Below are positions 10,147 through 19,972 of a DNA stretch of 64,000 nucleotides, one piece after another (position 1 is the stretch's first letter; every line of letters begins with the position of its first letter). The notes under the pieces were generated by a model. The model worked only from the letters and a program-made list of their open reading frames with translations, was not told the DNA's origin and did not search any database. Location: the NCBI GenBank assembly GCA_963702425.1, contig CAVPCQ010000012.1:64001-128000 (forward strand). Direction: 5' to 3'. The DNA comes from an uncultured Acidobacteriota bacterium. Its GTDB lineage: Bacteria > Acidobacteriota > Polarisedimenticolia > J045. A program made the translations under genes and the position numbers.

Positions 10147-13100
10147 ATCTCCCCCTCGACTCTGGCCCCGCCATCCGTCGTCACCGCCGGTGCACTGCCG
10201 CAGGTGCCCGACGATTGATTCACCCACTCCGCGATCCGTGCCACGGTCGGCATGCGGAAGAAGCGGCTGAGGGGCATCCTGACCCCGAATTCTTGCGTGA
10301 TCCGGATCAAGACCTGTGTTGCGACGAGAGAGTGCCCTCCGAGGTGGAAGAAGTCGTCGTGGACACCGATGGTCTCGACGCCGAGGACGACACGCCAGAT
10401 GGCCGTGATCCGCTCCTCCGTCTCGTTCCGCGGACCGACGTATGCCTCCTCCGATGTGCGATCCGCCGCAGGCGACGGAAGCGCGCGGCGATCGACCTTC
10501 CCATTTGCGGTGAGGGGCAACGAGTCGAGAGACACGAACGTCGCCGGCACCATGTAGTCCGGCATGGACCCGCTCAGGGCGCTTCGCAGGTCCGCCGGTG
10601 ATAATGCCTGCGCTCCGCTTCCGACGACGTATGCTACCAGGTACTTGTCTCCCTTCCCATCTTCCACGCAGGTGACCACGGCGTCCCGCACCTCGGGCCG
10701 CTGGAGCAGTGCGGCCTCGATCTCTCCCAACTCGATGCGGAATCCACGGATCTTGACCTGCTCGTCGTTGCGACCCTGGTACTCCAGGTCCCGATCGGGT
10801 CGGTATCGCGCGACGTCTCCGGTGCGGTACAGCCTGGCGTCGGGTTCGTTCCGGAACGGGTTGCGCACGAAGCGTTCGGCGGTCAACTCCGGTCGATCGA
10901 GGTAGCCTCGGGCAACCCCGGCGCCGCCGACGTACATCTCGCCGGGCACCCCAATCGGGACCGGCCGCATCTGGGCGTCGAGCAGGTAGACCTGCAGGTC
11001 CGGAATCGGGACGCCAATCAAGCTCCCGGTGGCGTTCCTGGCGTCGGCCGCGGTCAGCGGGCGGTAGGTCACATGCACTGTCGTCTCGGTGATGCCGTAC
11101 ATGTTGACCAGCCGTGGCTTCGTGTCGCCGTGGCGATCGAACCATGGCCCGAGGCTATGCAGTTCGAGGGCCTCTCCGCCGAAGACCACGAAGCGGAGGG
11201 CCAGGTCGTGATTGGCGTGCAGGGCTTCATCGGCGACCATGAGCTGGCGGAACGCCGACGGCGTCTGGTTCAGCACCGTGATCCGTTCCCGGGCCAGCAG
11301 GCGGTAGAACTCCTCTGGCGACCGGCTGATCCAGTACGGCACGACCACGAGGCGGCCTCCGTACAGCAGGGCCCCCCAGATCTCCCACACCGAGAAGTCG
11401 AATGCACACGAATGGAATAGCGTCCAGACGTCGGTCGAATCGAAGTGGAACCACTCCTCCGTGGCGGAGAACAGCCGGACTACCGAGGCGTGCTCGATCA
11501 GGACTCCCTTCGGCTTCCCCGTGGAGCCAGAGGTGTAGATGACGTACGCCAGGTTCTCCTTGCCCACGCCGCTCGCCGGTCTCTCGTCGCTCTCCCTGTC
11601 GATGGCATCGCTGTCGCGGTCCAGGCAGATGACCTCGGCCGCGTGCTTCGGGAGCTTCTCGAGCTGGCCACTCTGGGTGACCAGCACCCCGACCGCGGTA
11701 TCCTCCAATATGAACGCGATCCGGTCCGCCGGATTCGCCAGGTCCAAAGGCACGTATGCGCCGCCGGCCTTCAGGATGCCCAGAATACCGACCACCGTCT
11801 CGATACTGCGTTCGACGCACAGACCAACCAGCACGTCCGGACCCACACCCCGGTCACGGAGTGCATGAGCCAGCCGGTTCGCGCGAACGTCCAGCTCCCG
11901 GTAGGTGAGGGACCGGTCATCGAACGTCAGGGCGACGGCGTCGGGCGTGCGCGCCACCTGCCTCTCGAACAACTCGTGGAGGCACCCCTCCACGGGATAG
12001 GACACGGACACGTCGTTCCACCGCTCGAGCAGCGTTTCCCGCTCCTCGTCGTCGATCAACACGATGTCCGACAGGCGGGCATCTGGGTCCTTCACGACCT
12101 CTGCGAGGGCCCTCAGGTAGTGACGCTTCAGACGTTCCATGGTGGACGCATCGAACAGGCCGGCGTCGTAGACGAAGATCAGCGCGAGCGATGTAGCATT
12201 CTTGTAGACGTTGAAGATGAGGTCGTAGTGCGGGTCCAGAGGTGAAGAAGCGACGCGCTCAGCTTTCAGGTAAGGTAGCCCCGAGTCGATGCGTGATACG
12301 TCGATGACGGTACAGAGCACCTGCGGAAAGGTCCCGGGGGAAGGCCGCCGTGCCGGGTCCATTCGTTCGATCACGGTCTCGAACGGAATCTCGGAGTGGC
12401 TGTAGGCGTCGCGGGCCACTCCTCGGACTCGAGCCAGCAGCTCGCGGACGGTGGGGTTGCCCGCAAGGTCCGTGCGGAGGACGACCGCATTGATGAACAC
12501 TCCCAGCAGGGATTGGAACTCCGGAGGCGTTCGGCCCCCCGTGACCATCCCGATTCCGATGTCGGTGTTCCCAGTGTAGCGATGCAGCGTGAGTGTCAGC
12601 GCAGCGAGTAGTACGTCCAGTACGGACACCCGCTCGGCAGACCGAAGGCGATGGAGCGCTTCGAGGAGCGGCCCCTCGACGGTCGCCTCGACCAGCCCGC
12701 CTCGCCGCCGAGCGTCCTGCACCCGCGGTCGATCGGTGCGCAGCTCAAGGCGGGCGGGGCCATCCCGGAACCGATCCAGCCAGTAGGCCAGCTCGCCCTC
12801 CAGCTCTGTCCCGTGCGCTCGCTCGTGGCTCCAGCGGGCGTACTGTCCATACTGGACTTCCAGTGGCGGGAGCGGATTGTCGCGACCCTCGTGATACGCC
12901 TCGTAGAGGGCGAAGAGCTCACGATAGAGTTTATCGACGCTGCTGCCGCCTTCGAACACGATGTGGTGCAGTACAAGGAGCAACACGTGATGCTCTTCCC
13001 CCAGACGGAACAACTGCGCAGTCAGCAGCGGGCCGCGTCTCAGGTCGAAACTCACGCGCCGTGATGCCCGGATCCGCTGGAAGAGTTCCGACTCGCGTTC

Positions 13101-13418
13101 TGCCAGATCGACTCCGGACAGGTCGTGAACGGCGATGCGCAGCTCGAAAGCTGGGTTGACGATTTGTCGAACTTGGCAATTGACGACATCGAAAGTCGTA
13201 CGCAGCACCTCGTGACGCTCGACGATCGTCTGCAAGGCGCGAGCGAGCGAGTCAATATCCAGTGGGCCCCGAAGCCGCAGCGTCGCACCGATCCTGATCC
13301 CGCCATGATCCGGATCCAACTGATCGAGCAGCCAGAACCGCTCCTGGGTCGGCGACAGCGGGTGGGTGCGATCGTCAGCGTCAGACTGACGATGCCCCGA
13401 CTTGGTCGTTTCACTCAT
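10143..13418 (-). CDS. Single-module NRPS C-A(Thr)-T with C-terminal docking strand
   Basis: ORF 1091 aa: HHIVFEG, YTSGSTGKPKG, FDFSVWEIW, NMYGITETTVHVT (manual code DFWNVGMVHK, Thr-type), GGHSL; ends RVEGEI. Confidence 0.95.
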   Translation of the reverse strand: MSETTKSGHRQSDADDRTHPLSPTQERFWLLDQLDPDHGGIRIGATLRLRGPLDIDSLARALQTIVERHEVLRTTFDVVNCQVRQIVNPAFELRIAVHDLSGVDLAERESELFQRIRASRRVSFDLRRGPLLTAQLFRLGEEHHVLLLVLHHIVFEGGSSVDKLYRELFALYEAYHEGRDNPLPPLEVQYGQYARWSHERAHGTELEGELAYWLDRFRDGPARLELRTDRPRVQDARRRGGLVEATVEGPLLEALHRLRSAERVSVLDVLLAALTLTLHRYTGNTDIGIGMVTGGRTPPEFQSLLGVFINAVVLRTDLAGNPTVRELLARVRGVARDAYSHSEIPFETVIERMDPARRPSPGTFPQVLCTVIDVSRIDSGLPYLKAERVASSPLDPHYDLIFNVYKNATSLALIFVYDAGLFDASTMERLKRHYLRALAEVVKDPDARLSDIVLIDDEERETLLERWNDVSVSYPVEGCLHELFERQVARTPDAVALTFDDRSLTYRELDVRANRLAHALRDRGVGPDVLVGLCVERSIETVVGILGILKAGGAYVPLDLANPADRIAFILEDTAVGVLVTQSGQLEKLPKHAAEVICLDRDSDAIDRESDERPASGVGKENLAYVIYTSGSTGKPKGVLIEHASVVRLFSATEEWFHFDSTDVWTLFHSCAFDFSVWEIWGALLYGGRLVVVPYWISRSPEEFYRLLARERITVLNQTPSAFRQLMVADEALHANHDLALRFVVFGGEALELHSLGPWFDRHGDTKPRLVNMYGITETTVHVTYRPLTAADARNATGSLIGVPIPDLQVYLLDAQMRPVPIGVPGEMYVGGAGVARGYLDRPELTAERFVRNPFRNEPDARLYRTGDVARYRPDRDLEYQGRNDEQVKIRGFRIELGEIEAALLQRPEVRDAVVTCVEDGKGDKYLVAYVVGSGAQALSPADLRSALSGSMPDYMVPATFVSLDSLPLTANGKVDRRALPSPAADRTSEEAYVGPRNETEERITAIWRVVLGVETIGVHDDFFHLGGHSLVATQVLIRITQEFGVRMPLSRFFRMPTVARIAEWVNQSSGTCGSAPAVTTDGGARVEGEI

Positions 13419-14036
13419 TCGGCTCTTCCCTTACGTGCTGCCACGGCACCCATCGCGCTCATCGATGTCGCCCGCGTGCACAGGATCTGCGCCTGGACCG
13501 ACACTCGCTGGCTCGAACGGCTCCGGATTCGGTGCGCCCGACGGATCTGCGGACGGCCACGACGGACCGCCGGATGCCACCACGTCCAACGGCCCTGTCA
13601 CAGGGCTGCCCGTTTCCGGTATCGTGGCGAGATACGCGCGCCGCTGCTTCTCGCAGCCGCTGCCTATTCGCCATCCCTCCGACGCGCTCGTGAAGCCTGC
13701 CGAGCGAGGACGCTGCAAGTCAGAGGGTACGAGCTGCGGCGCGCACCGCTTTGCTTTCCCACCGGCACGCTCACTGAATGGCGCTTCGCACTCAATGACA
13801 CCGGACGCGTTGCACCGAACGCGGCCCCCGACGAACGCCCCGCGGCGCCGAGTTCGAATCCCATCCAGTACGTCTGCGCTTGCCAGTTCGCAGTCCGCAG
13901 GCGCACATGCGTGCGCTTCGTGCCCTGCATCGACGCGCTCGCGCGCATGACGCTCCATCCGCGTCTCCATCGCGCCGTCGATTCGCGATCGAACCGAATG
14001 CAAGCTGGAGCATCCCGCGAGGCGCTGCATTGTGCG

Positions 14037-15188
14037 TCACCTGTCCGCGCGGAGACGGTTGTCGACGAATTGACAGATGCCTCGTGCCATCTCGTCCCAC
14101 GAAAATCCACGCACCCGCTCGAGGCCCGCCGCGATCAGCCGATCCCGTAGCGCATCGTCGGAAAGTCCCTGACGCATCCCGCCAGCAATCTCCTCTTCCG
14201 AATGCGGATCGACGAGAATCGCGGCATCACCGGCGACCTCGGCAAGGGACCCGGCCCTCGAACTCACGATCGGAACACCGCACGTCATCGCCTCGAGCAG
14301 AGGAAGACCGAAGCCTTCGTACAGCGAGGGGTAGACGAACAGGTCGGCCTGGTTGTACAGCTGAAGGAGATCCTCGTCGCTGACGTAGCCTGTCAGCCGT
14401 ACTCGGTTGGTGAGTCCTCGCTGCTCGGTAAGTGCCGCGAGCTTCGACGATTTCCAGCCGGCGCGGCCGACCAGAACGAGCTCGTGCGGTAGCTTCTCAT
14501 CTTCGACGAGCCTCGAATAGGCGCGAATCATCCGCTCCAGGTTCTTCCGGGGCTCAAGGCTGCACACCGACAGGATGAACGGTCGCTCTACTCCAAGCCG
14601 CGTGAGTGTAGCGGGCGAGCGCTCTTCCGGATTCAGTCGACGGAGAATCGGGTTGATTCCCTCCGGAACGATGCAGACCAAGTCCTCTCCAACGCTGCGG
14701 ATGCTGCAAATGTCCCGATACGTTGCGCGGGTAAAGGTGATCAGGCCGCTGCTGAAATGGGTCGCAAGGAGGAGCCAGCAGCATTGCTTGATCCACTCGG
14801 TGGCCCGGTAACTGCGCGGACAGTGCCACCATTCGAGGCCGTGCACCATCGTGAATCGCGCCACTGAGCCAAACGGGAACTTCGTATTCGGGCTGATCAC
14901 TGCGTCCAGTTCCTGCTCGCGTGCGACCCGGGGAATCTGCCACGCAATCCAAGCGTCGGCGACCTTCTGTGCTCGCGGGTAACTCACCGGTACGACCAGA
15001 GTTCCTCCCGGCAGTCCGCGCGTGATGTGCTCCGGAGGCGGTCGATCGAACAGCAGCCAGTACTCGTGCGCGTCATGGCCGACGCGGTTCAGAGATTCGA
15101 TGAAGTGATGAACGACACGTTCAACGCCGGTGCGTTGCGGTACCATGAGGTCTCGGGCGTCGATCGCTATGCGCAATGTGGGAAGCAC
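14037..15188 (-). CDS. GT4 glycosyltransferase (MtfB/WbaZ-like)
   Basis: RIAIDAR..RTGVER, SLEPRKNL, FVYPSLYEGFGLPLLEAMTCG. The likely GTG start at 15188 lies just after the upstream stop. Confidence 0.9.
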   Translation of the reverse strand: MLPTLRIAIDARDLMVPQRTGVERVVHHFIESLNRVGHDAHEYWLLFDRPPPEHITRGLPGGTLVVPVSYPRAQKVADAWIAWQIPRVAREQELDAVISPNTKFPFGSVARFTMVHGLEWWHCPRSYRATEWIKQCCWLLLATHFSSGLITFTRATYRDICSIRSVGEDLVCIVPEGINPILRRLNPEERSPATLTRLGVERPFILSVCSLEPRKNLERMIRAYSRLVEDEKLPHELVLVGRAGWKSSKLAALTEQRGLTNRVRLTGYVSDEDLLQLYNQADLFVYPSLYEGFGLPLLEAMTCGVPIVSSRAGSLAEVAGDAAILVDPHSEEEIAGGMRQGLSDDALRDRLIAAGLERVRGFSWDEMARGICQFVDNRLRADR

Positions 15189-15189
15189 A

Positions 15190-16545
15190 TCAAGCCTCGC
15201 CCGTGGGAAGTGCGATGTTCCGATGCGTGCACGATCGTATGATCGCGAGCGCCTCACGACGGAGCAACGCGTCCCAGGTCATGGTCCGAGCGTACGCGAT
15301 CCCGTTTTCGCGAAGTCGTTCGTACGTCGCCGCATCTTTCAGAAGAGCGATGACCGCGTCGGCGAACGAGTCCACGCCGTACTGAATGGCGACGCCGCAG
15401 TCCATGCGTGTGATCATGTCGCCGGCTTCGGTGCCGGCCGTGGCTATGACCGGAAGCCCGGCTGCCATGTACTCGATCACCTTCAGCGGGCAAGCGTACT
15501 TGCGAAATGCCACTGGCGCGGAGTTCGCGAGGCCGATCTTGGCGCCGGCAAGGACTTCACCAAGCTCCTCCACGGGCCGCTTGCCAAGCAGTCTCACGTG
15601 CTCTGTCACGCCGCAGTCGCGAATGAGCCGCTCGATGCTGTTGAGGTAGTCGGGGAGCCCGTCACCGACGATGGTGAGCGACACCTGCGGTACGACCTCC
15701 CGAATCCGCGCCACGGCTCGTATTGCCGGCTCGAGGCCGCTCCATGAGATCACATTGCCGACGTAGATCAGCTGGTGACCGCGGCGGTCGCACCGCCGAG
15801 CGACCTCAAACCGCTCGAAGTCGACGCCGTTGGGAATCAACTCCATTTCGACTTTGGCTCTTTTGCTTCGCCGTTCCGCGAGGAGACGCGAGGCGCACAC
15901 CACAACATCCGCCCGCCGGATGCCGAACGATTCGATCGCTTCCGTATAGCCCCGGCGGAGCCTGTCCGGCACGAGCCCGGCTTCGAAGTCTCGGTCGATG
16001 TAGACGAAGACCGCTGCCTTGCCGAGGCGGCGCAGTGCCCATCCCGTCAAACCTCCCCAAGGGCCAACGCCGAGGCAAATGTCGAATTCGCGTTCGGGCT
16101 GACGGTAGGCGGCATACAGAAAGCAAGGCAGGAAGAAGACGTCGCGCAATACGGAAAGCGGAGAAAGGAGGCGGACAAACAGCAGTCGCAACGACGCTCG
16201 GTGGGATCTGCCCGCCTCGCGCGCCTCCGCGCTCTGCCGGAAGCCGGCGAAGTAGTTGAAGAACGGATCGACAGCGATCTCCCGAATTCCGCGGCGATCC
16301 CGGCTCCGCGTGCGGAACGTCACTGTATCGAAGAGCATGTCGATCAACCGCGGCGATCGGTTCGTTGTCTTCGACAGTACTGCGACCCGGCAGCCGAGTC
16401 GGGAGTAATACGCGGCCCGATTGTGTTCGCTATTGTTGGGCCGGGCCCCGTAGTCGAGGGGCGACACGAGCAAGACTCGCGCGCCGCGGAGAAGCGTATT
16501 CGATTCAGCGTTCTCTGAAGACAGGGTGGCGTCGCCCTCGTTCAT
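15190..16545 (-). CDS. GT4 glycosyltransferase
   Basis: IPNGVD, IYVGNV, IVGDG, CPLKVIEYMAAGLPVIAT; ATGA overlap with upstream ORF. Confidence 0.9.
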   Translation of the reverse strand: MNEGDATLSSENAESNTLLRGARVLLVSPLDYGARPNNSEHNRAAYYSRLGCRVAVLSKTTNRSPRLIDMLFDTVTFRTRSRDRRGIREIAVDPFFNYFAGFRQSAEAREAGRSHRASLRLLFVRLLSPLSVLRDVFFLPCFLYAAYRQPEREFDICLGVGPWGGLTGWALRRLGKAAVFVYIDRDFEAGLVPDRLRRGYTEAIESFGIRRADVVVCASRLLAERRSKRAKVEMELIPNGVDFERFEVARRCDRRGHQLIYVGNVISWSGLEPAIRAVARIREVVPQVSLTIVGDGLPDYLNSIERLIRDCGVTEHVRLLGKRPVEELGEVLAGAKIGLANSAPVAFRKYACPLKVIEYMAAGLPVIATAGTEAGDMITRMDCGVAIQYGVDSFADAVIALLKDAATYERLRENGIAYARTMTWDALLRREALAIIRSCTHRNIALPTGEA

Positions 16546-17057
16546 GGCAAGGTCGCTTCACACAGCCCGCCGAGCGGACGCGATCCGGCCGGTCTGCGGT
16601 CGGCCCGGGCCTCTGCGCGCGAAGCACCGCGGACCACGACGAGCTGAAGTGCTCGGTACTCGCTCAGTCCCATTGCGAAGGTGATGAGGCGTGTCGCACC
16701 ATTGTCGCCGAAACGGTCGAACACTGGAGACAGTGCGCGAAAAGGCGCCCGATCACATTCATGCGATTCGAGCACCGAGGGTACGTGAATCGGAGCGGGG
16801 TACGTCTGCTGCTGAGGCTCACCGACCAAGCGCGCCAGAGCGCCGATTCTGAGCGTCTCGTCGTGTCGGCCGTCGGCCGGGCCGACCGTGTCGGCAGATC
16901 GAATCCCCAGGATCTCCCGGCCGCGCGCAGGCGCCTCGGAGGCGCTTCCTCTCGTCATGCGATCCGGCGACCGACTCTCGGCTTGCACGGATTGCCGTGG
17001 TCCGCGTTCGCGGGGCCGAGGTGACGTTTCGTAACACCGATCGCTGTACCTATGCAC
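16542..17057 (-). CDS. Hypothetical protein
   Basis: 171-aa ORF that overlaps both neighbours (start inside the upstream gene end, ATGA at its stop). No recognisable family; LRIGALARLVG is only weakly MerR-like. Confidence 0.35.
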   Translation of the reverse strand: MHRYSDRCYETSPRPRERGPRQSVQAESRSPDRMTRGSASEAPARGREILGIRSADTVGPADGRHDETLRIGALARLVGEPQQQTYPAPIHVPSVLESHECDRAPFRALSPVFDRFGDNGATRLITFAMGLSEYRALQLVVVRGASRAEARADRRPAGSRPLGGLCEATLP

Positions 17058-18891
17058 CCGCGCCAGCCTTGGTCAGGATAACCTGAACAGTCTGAAGAAG
17101 AATCTCGAGATCTCTGCGGAATGAACGTGTCTTCACGTACCCGAGGTCGTGCAGCAGCCAAGGGCGAAATCCCGGGTCATTGCGCGCCGAGACCTGCCAG
17201 GGGCCGGTGATTCCGGGTTTGACGGTGAGTCGCAGATCGCGCCACTTCGGTGACCAGACCATTTCCTCGATCGCCAGCGGGCGCGGTCCTACGAGCGTCA
17301 TTGTGCCGCCGAGAACGTTGAGCAGTTGTGGAAGCTCATCGAGGCTGGTCCGCCGCAGGAAACGGCCAACGCGCGTGACTCGAGGATCGCGAACGATCTT
17401 GAACATCGGGCCCTCGACCTCGTTGTGCTCTCGCAGCGCCTGCTTGAGTCTCTCGGCGTCGGCAACCATCGTGCGAAACTTGATCATCTGCAGATCGCGC
17501 TTGCCCCGCCCACAGCGCCGTTGCAGGAATAGCACCGGTCCTTTGGAGTCGAGTTTGATTGCGGCAGCGATCACGAGGAGCAGCGGCGACAGCAACAAGA
17601 GAAGCGCACCGCTTACGGCGATGTCCAACATCCGCTTGGCGATCTCATAGCTCCTCGGGCTCCAAGACCAGTACCTCCTTACAGAACGCGTCACGGCGAT
17701 CGACCAGAGCCGCGGTGACGTTTCGCCATGGACGGCCGGCAGGCTGCCTAGTGCGTCACCATCGAGCAGAATCGCGTTGCTGAAGCTGCTGCCGCTGACG
17801 ATGTGGCAGTCCTGGGCGATGACACAGGAGGTGACCGATGAGCGAACTCCCAATCGTACGCCCTCCCAGATGTACGACTCCCGTACATAGGCCCCTCGGC
17901 TGACATGAGTCCCGTCGCACAACAGCGCGGGGCCGATGATCGTGGCTTCCGGCTCGATCGTACAGCCTCGTCCAATTCGGACGGGACCGACAATCCGGGC
18001 TCGGCCAGATACGAAGGAGCCCGTGCCGACCGAAATGCCGTTTCCCGGATCGTGAACTGGCTTCGAGCCGCCCACCGACTCGGTCATCAGGAGCTCGTGG
18101 TTGAGGCGAACGTACTGACTGATGTCGTCGAGGCGCGGGAGAGGGCCGGGGATCTGGTGTACCCGCACCCGGGCTCCGCGTGCGAGGAGCGCAGGCAGAA
18201 GCAGTTCCTTGATGTCGGTGTATCCGTCGGCGTCGATGTCGTCGAGGACCCGCGGGTCGAATACGTAGAGTCCCGCGGGAAGCAGACCCTCGATCGAAGC
18301 CTCGTGGGCACACGGCGTTAATCGGCACACGAAGCCGCTTTTCGTCTCGAGCGCGATCAAGTCCTGGCCGAGCTGATCCGTCGTTGCAGTGGTGGCAACC
18401 ACCGTGGCGGCGGCGTTGCAGCCGACGTGCCCGCGCACGATGGCGCGCAGGTCGATGCCGTTCAGCCAGACCGGAAAGGCGATCACGAGGAAAGGCGCGT
18501 TCCCGACGAAGGACCGCGCTGCGACCATCGCGCCTGCCGTTCCCCTCAGTCCGTCGTCGACCAGCGCGACGAGATTGACGGTGTCCGTCGAAACGGAATT
18601 GACTAGCGTACAGTGGCCGGTCGTCGGGTCCCGGGAGTGCAGAACCGCCACGTCGCGGATCCCCTGCGAAGCGAGGTAGTCGAACGTGTGGTGTAGCGCC
18701 GTGCGTCCGTCCGCCATTGGAAAGTCGTGCGGCGAACGGGCATTCGTCAGCGGGCAGACCGCTGAGCCGGGGCCCCCAGCAAGGACAAGAGCCCGAATTC
18801 CGGGCTCTGCCTCGTTCGGAATCTCACCATTCTGTCCCATGCCCATCGAGAACATCCGAGCTGTTGCGCACGCCCCGCTCCCAGCCCGCAT
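17050..18891 (-). CDS. Fusion: degenerate NDP-sugar nucleotidyltransferase + hexapeptide (LbH) repeats + priming phosphoglycosyltransferase (WcaJ/WbaP C-terminal Bac_transf type)
   Basis: ALVLAGGPGS..., GPVRIGRGCTIE/GPALLCDGTHV repeats, KRMLDI, KFRTM, DPRVTRVGRFLRRTSLDELPQLLNVLGG, LVGPRP, KPGITG. Start uncertain (18891, 18855 or 18846). Confidence 0.9.
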   Translation of the reverse strand: MRAGSGACATARMFSMGMGQNGEIPNEAEPGIRALVLAGGPGSAVCPLTNARSPHDFPMADGRTALHHTFDYLASQGIRDVAVLHSRDPTTGHCTLVNSVSTDTVNLVALVDDGLRGTAGAMVAARSFVGNAPFLVIAFPVWLNGIDLRAIVRGHVGCNAAATVVATTATTDQLGQDLIALETKSGFVCRLTPCAHEASIEGLLPAGLYVFDPRVLDDIDADGYTDIKELLLPALLARGARVRVHQIPGPLPRLDDISQYVRLNHELLMTESVGGSKPVHDPGNGISVGTGSFVSGRARIVGPVRIGRGCTIEPEATIIGPALLCDGTHVSRGAYVRESYIWEGVRLGVRSSVTSCVIAQDCHIVSGSSFSNAILLDGDALGSLPAVHGETSPRLWSIAVTRSVRRYWSWSPRSYEIAKRMLDIAVSGALLLLLSPLLLVIAAAIKLDSKGPVLFLQRRCGRGKRDLQMIKFRTMVADAERLKQALREHNEVEGPMFKIVRDPRVTRVGRFLRRTSLDELPQLLNVLGGTMTLVGPRPLAIEEMVWSPKWRDLRLTVKPGITGPWQVSARNDPGFRPWLLHDLGYVKTRSFRRDLEILLQTVQVILTKAGAGA

Positions 18892-19567
18892 TCTACCTGA
18901 ACCTGGGCCGCTCTGGTAATCCGCACGACTCTAATGTCGGGATACGCGGGACGATCATCTGGGCGCATCAGCGAGCTATCTCTCGAATGGCGGGTGGTTT
19001 CCTGGGCGGGGGCGCTCACCGGGGTGCGGAGGGTGGGCCGTCGGGCACCTTCCGCGGGGCTCAGCTGTCACTGGTCTTCAGCACTGTGCGGTGATTATCG
19101 ACACCGTGCAGAGCAAAGTTACCCTTACTTTGCTCGGTTAGAGCCGATCGACTATCCTCGGGCACTACATTTCGGGCGCCGCTCCCGCCCGCGCCGACGA
19201 ACAACCCCCCGAGCGGTCCAATTCGGCCGCTCCTAACAGGCGGGTGGTCGCAAGAAATGGAGTTGGTGTCCACCAACGTCGCGAAAGATCGTGTCCCTCG
19301 ACGGCTGATCCCGAACATTGACGGAAGGATCCGGACTTTTTCGCGGAATCCCCCTGGGAATCGGTAGCGCCGTTCATGACTTCGTAAACCCCCGGACGCG
19401 CCGCTCAAAATGCAGTGGGACCTTCACCAAGACCGGCCCTGGAGCGCTATTCTGACGGTTGGTTTACGGGCCGGTTCTTCCTCATAGTCTTCGCCGGGTG
19501 TAACCAATTACGACTCTCTCGACTCTACTTGGAACCAATACCGGGACTCGGCGTTTCTACCGCTTCC

Positions 19568-19972
19568 TGCCTGAAGGCGAGGATCGAAGCGCGGGCTGCC
19601 GCGGCCCCAGAGCGAGTGGCCATGGTGTTCGACGACGAGCATCTCACCTACGCCGAGCTGGACCGTCTCATGGCGCGCGGTGCGGACGGCACCAGCCATG
19701 GCAGGTACCTCCTCGATGGTCGCGGGGTGGTCCCAGGAGTCTGCCTAGAAGCCTGCGTTCCGATTGCGTTCGACGTGCTCAAAGCACGACGCCTCCGCCT
19801 GCTCACAGGCGCTCGGGTGCGCGTCGCACCTTGGTTGATCCCGATCTTCAGAACTCAACCGCTGGATCTGGACCGCGAGTCTCCGTCGCGCGTCACTCCT
19901 GGCGCTCCGCGCGCGCAGCTCTCGCCGGGTTGCGGGCCATTCCTCGGCCCCCACGAAGCGAGCATCGGATGA
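19568..19972 (+). pseudogene. Relic of an NRPS adenylation-domain N-terminus
   Basis: CLKARIEARAAAAPERVAMVFDDEHLTYAELDR...GVCLE...VLKA matches the A1/A2 region, then similarity is lost. The frame stops with an ATGA overlap on the next GT. Confidence 0.65.

Noticed and set aside
20-13200. Many plus-strand ORFs of 100-490 aa over the NRPS genes
   Set aside because: Antisense shadows of high-GC coding sequence; no motifs
13431-14030. 199-aa minus-strand ORF between GT4 and NRPS1
   Set aside because: No recognisable motif, low-complexity composition; cannot distinguish it from intergenic DNA
19355-19375. TCGGTAGCG resembling an ops/JUMPStart element
   Set aside because: Only a partial match to GGCGGTAG; no RfaH/NusG paralog in the window
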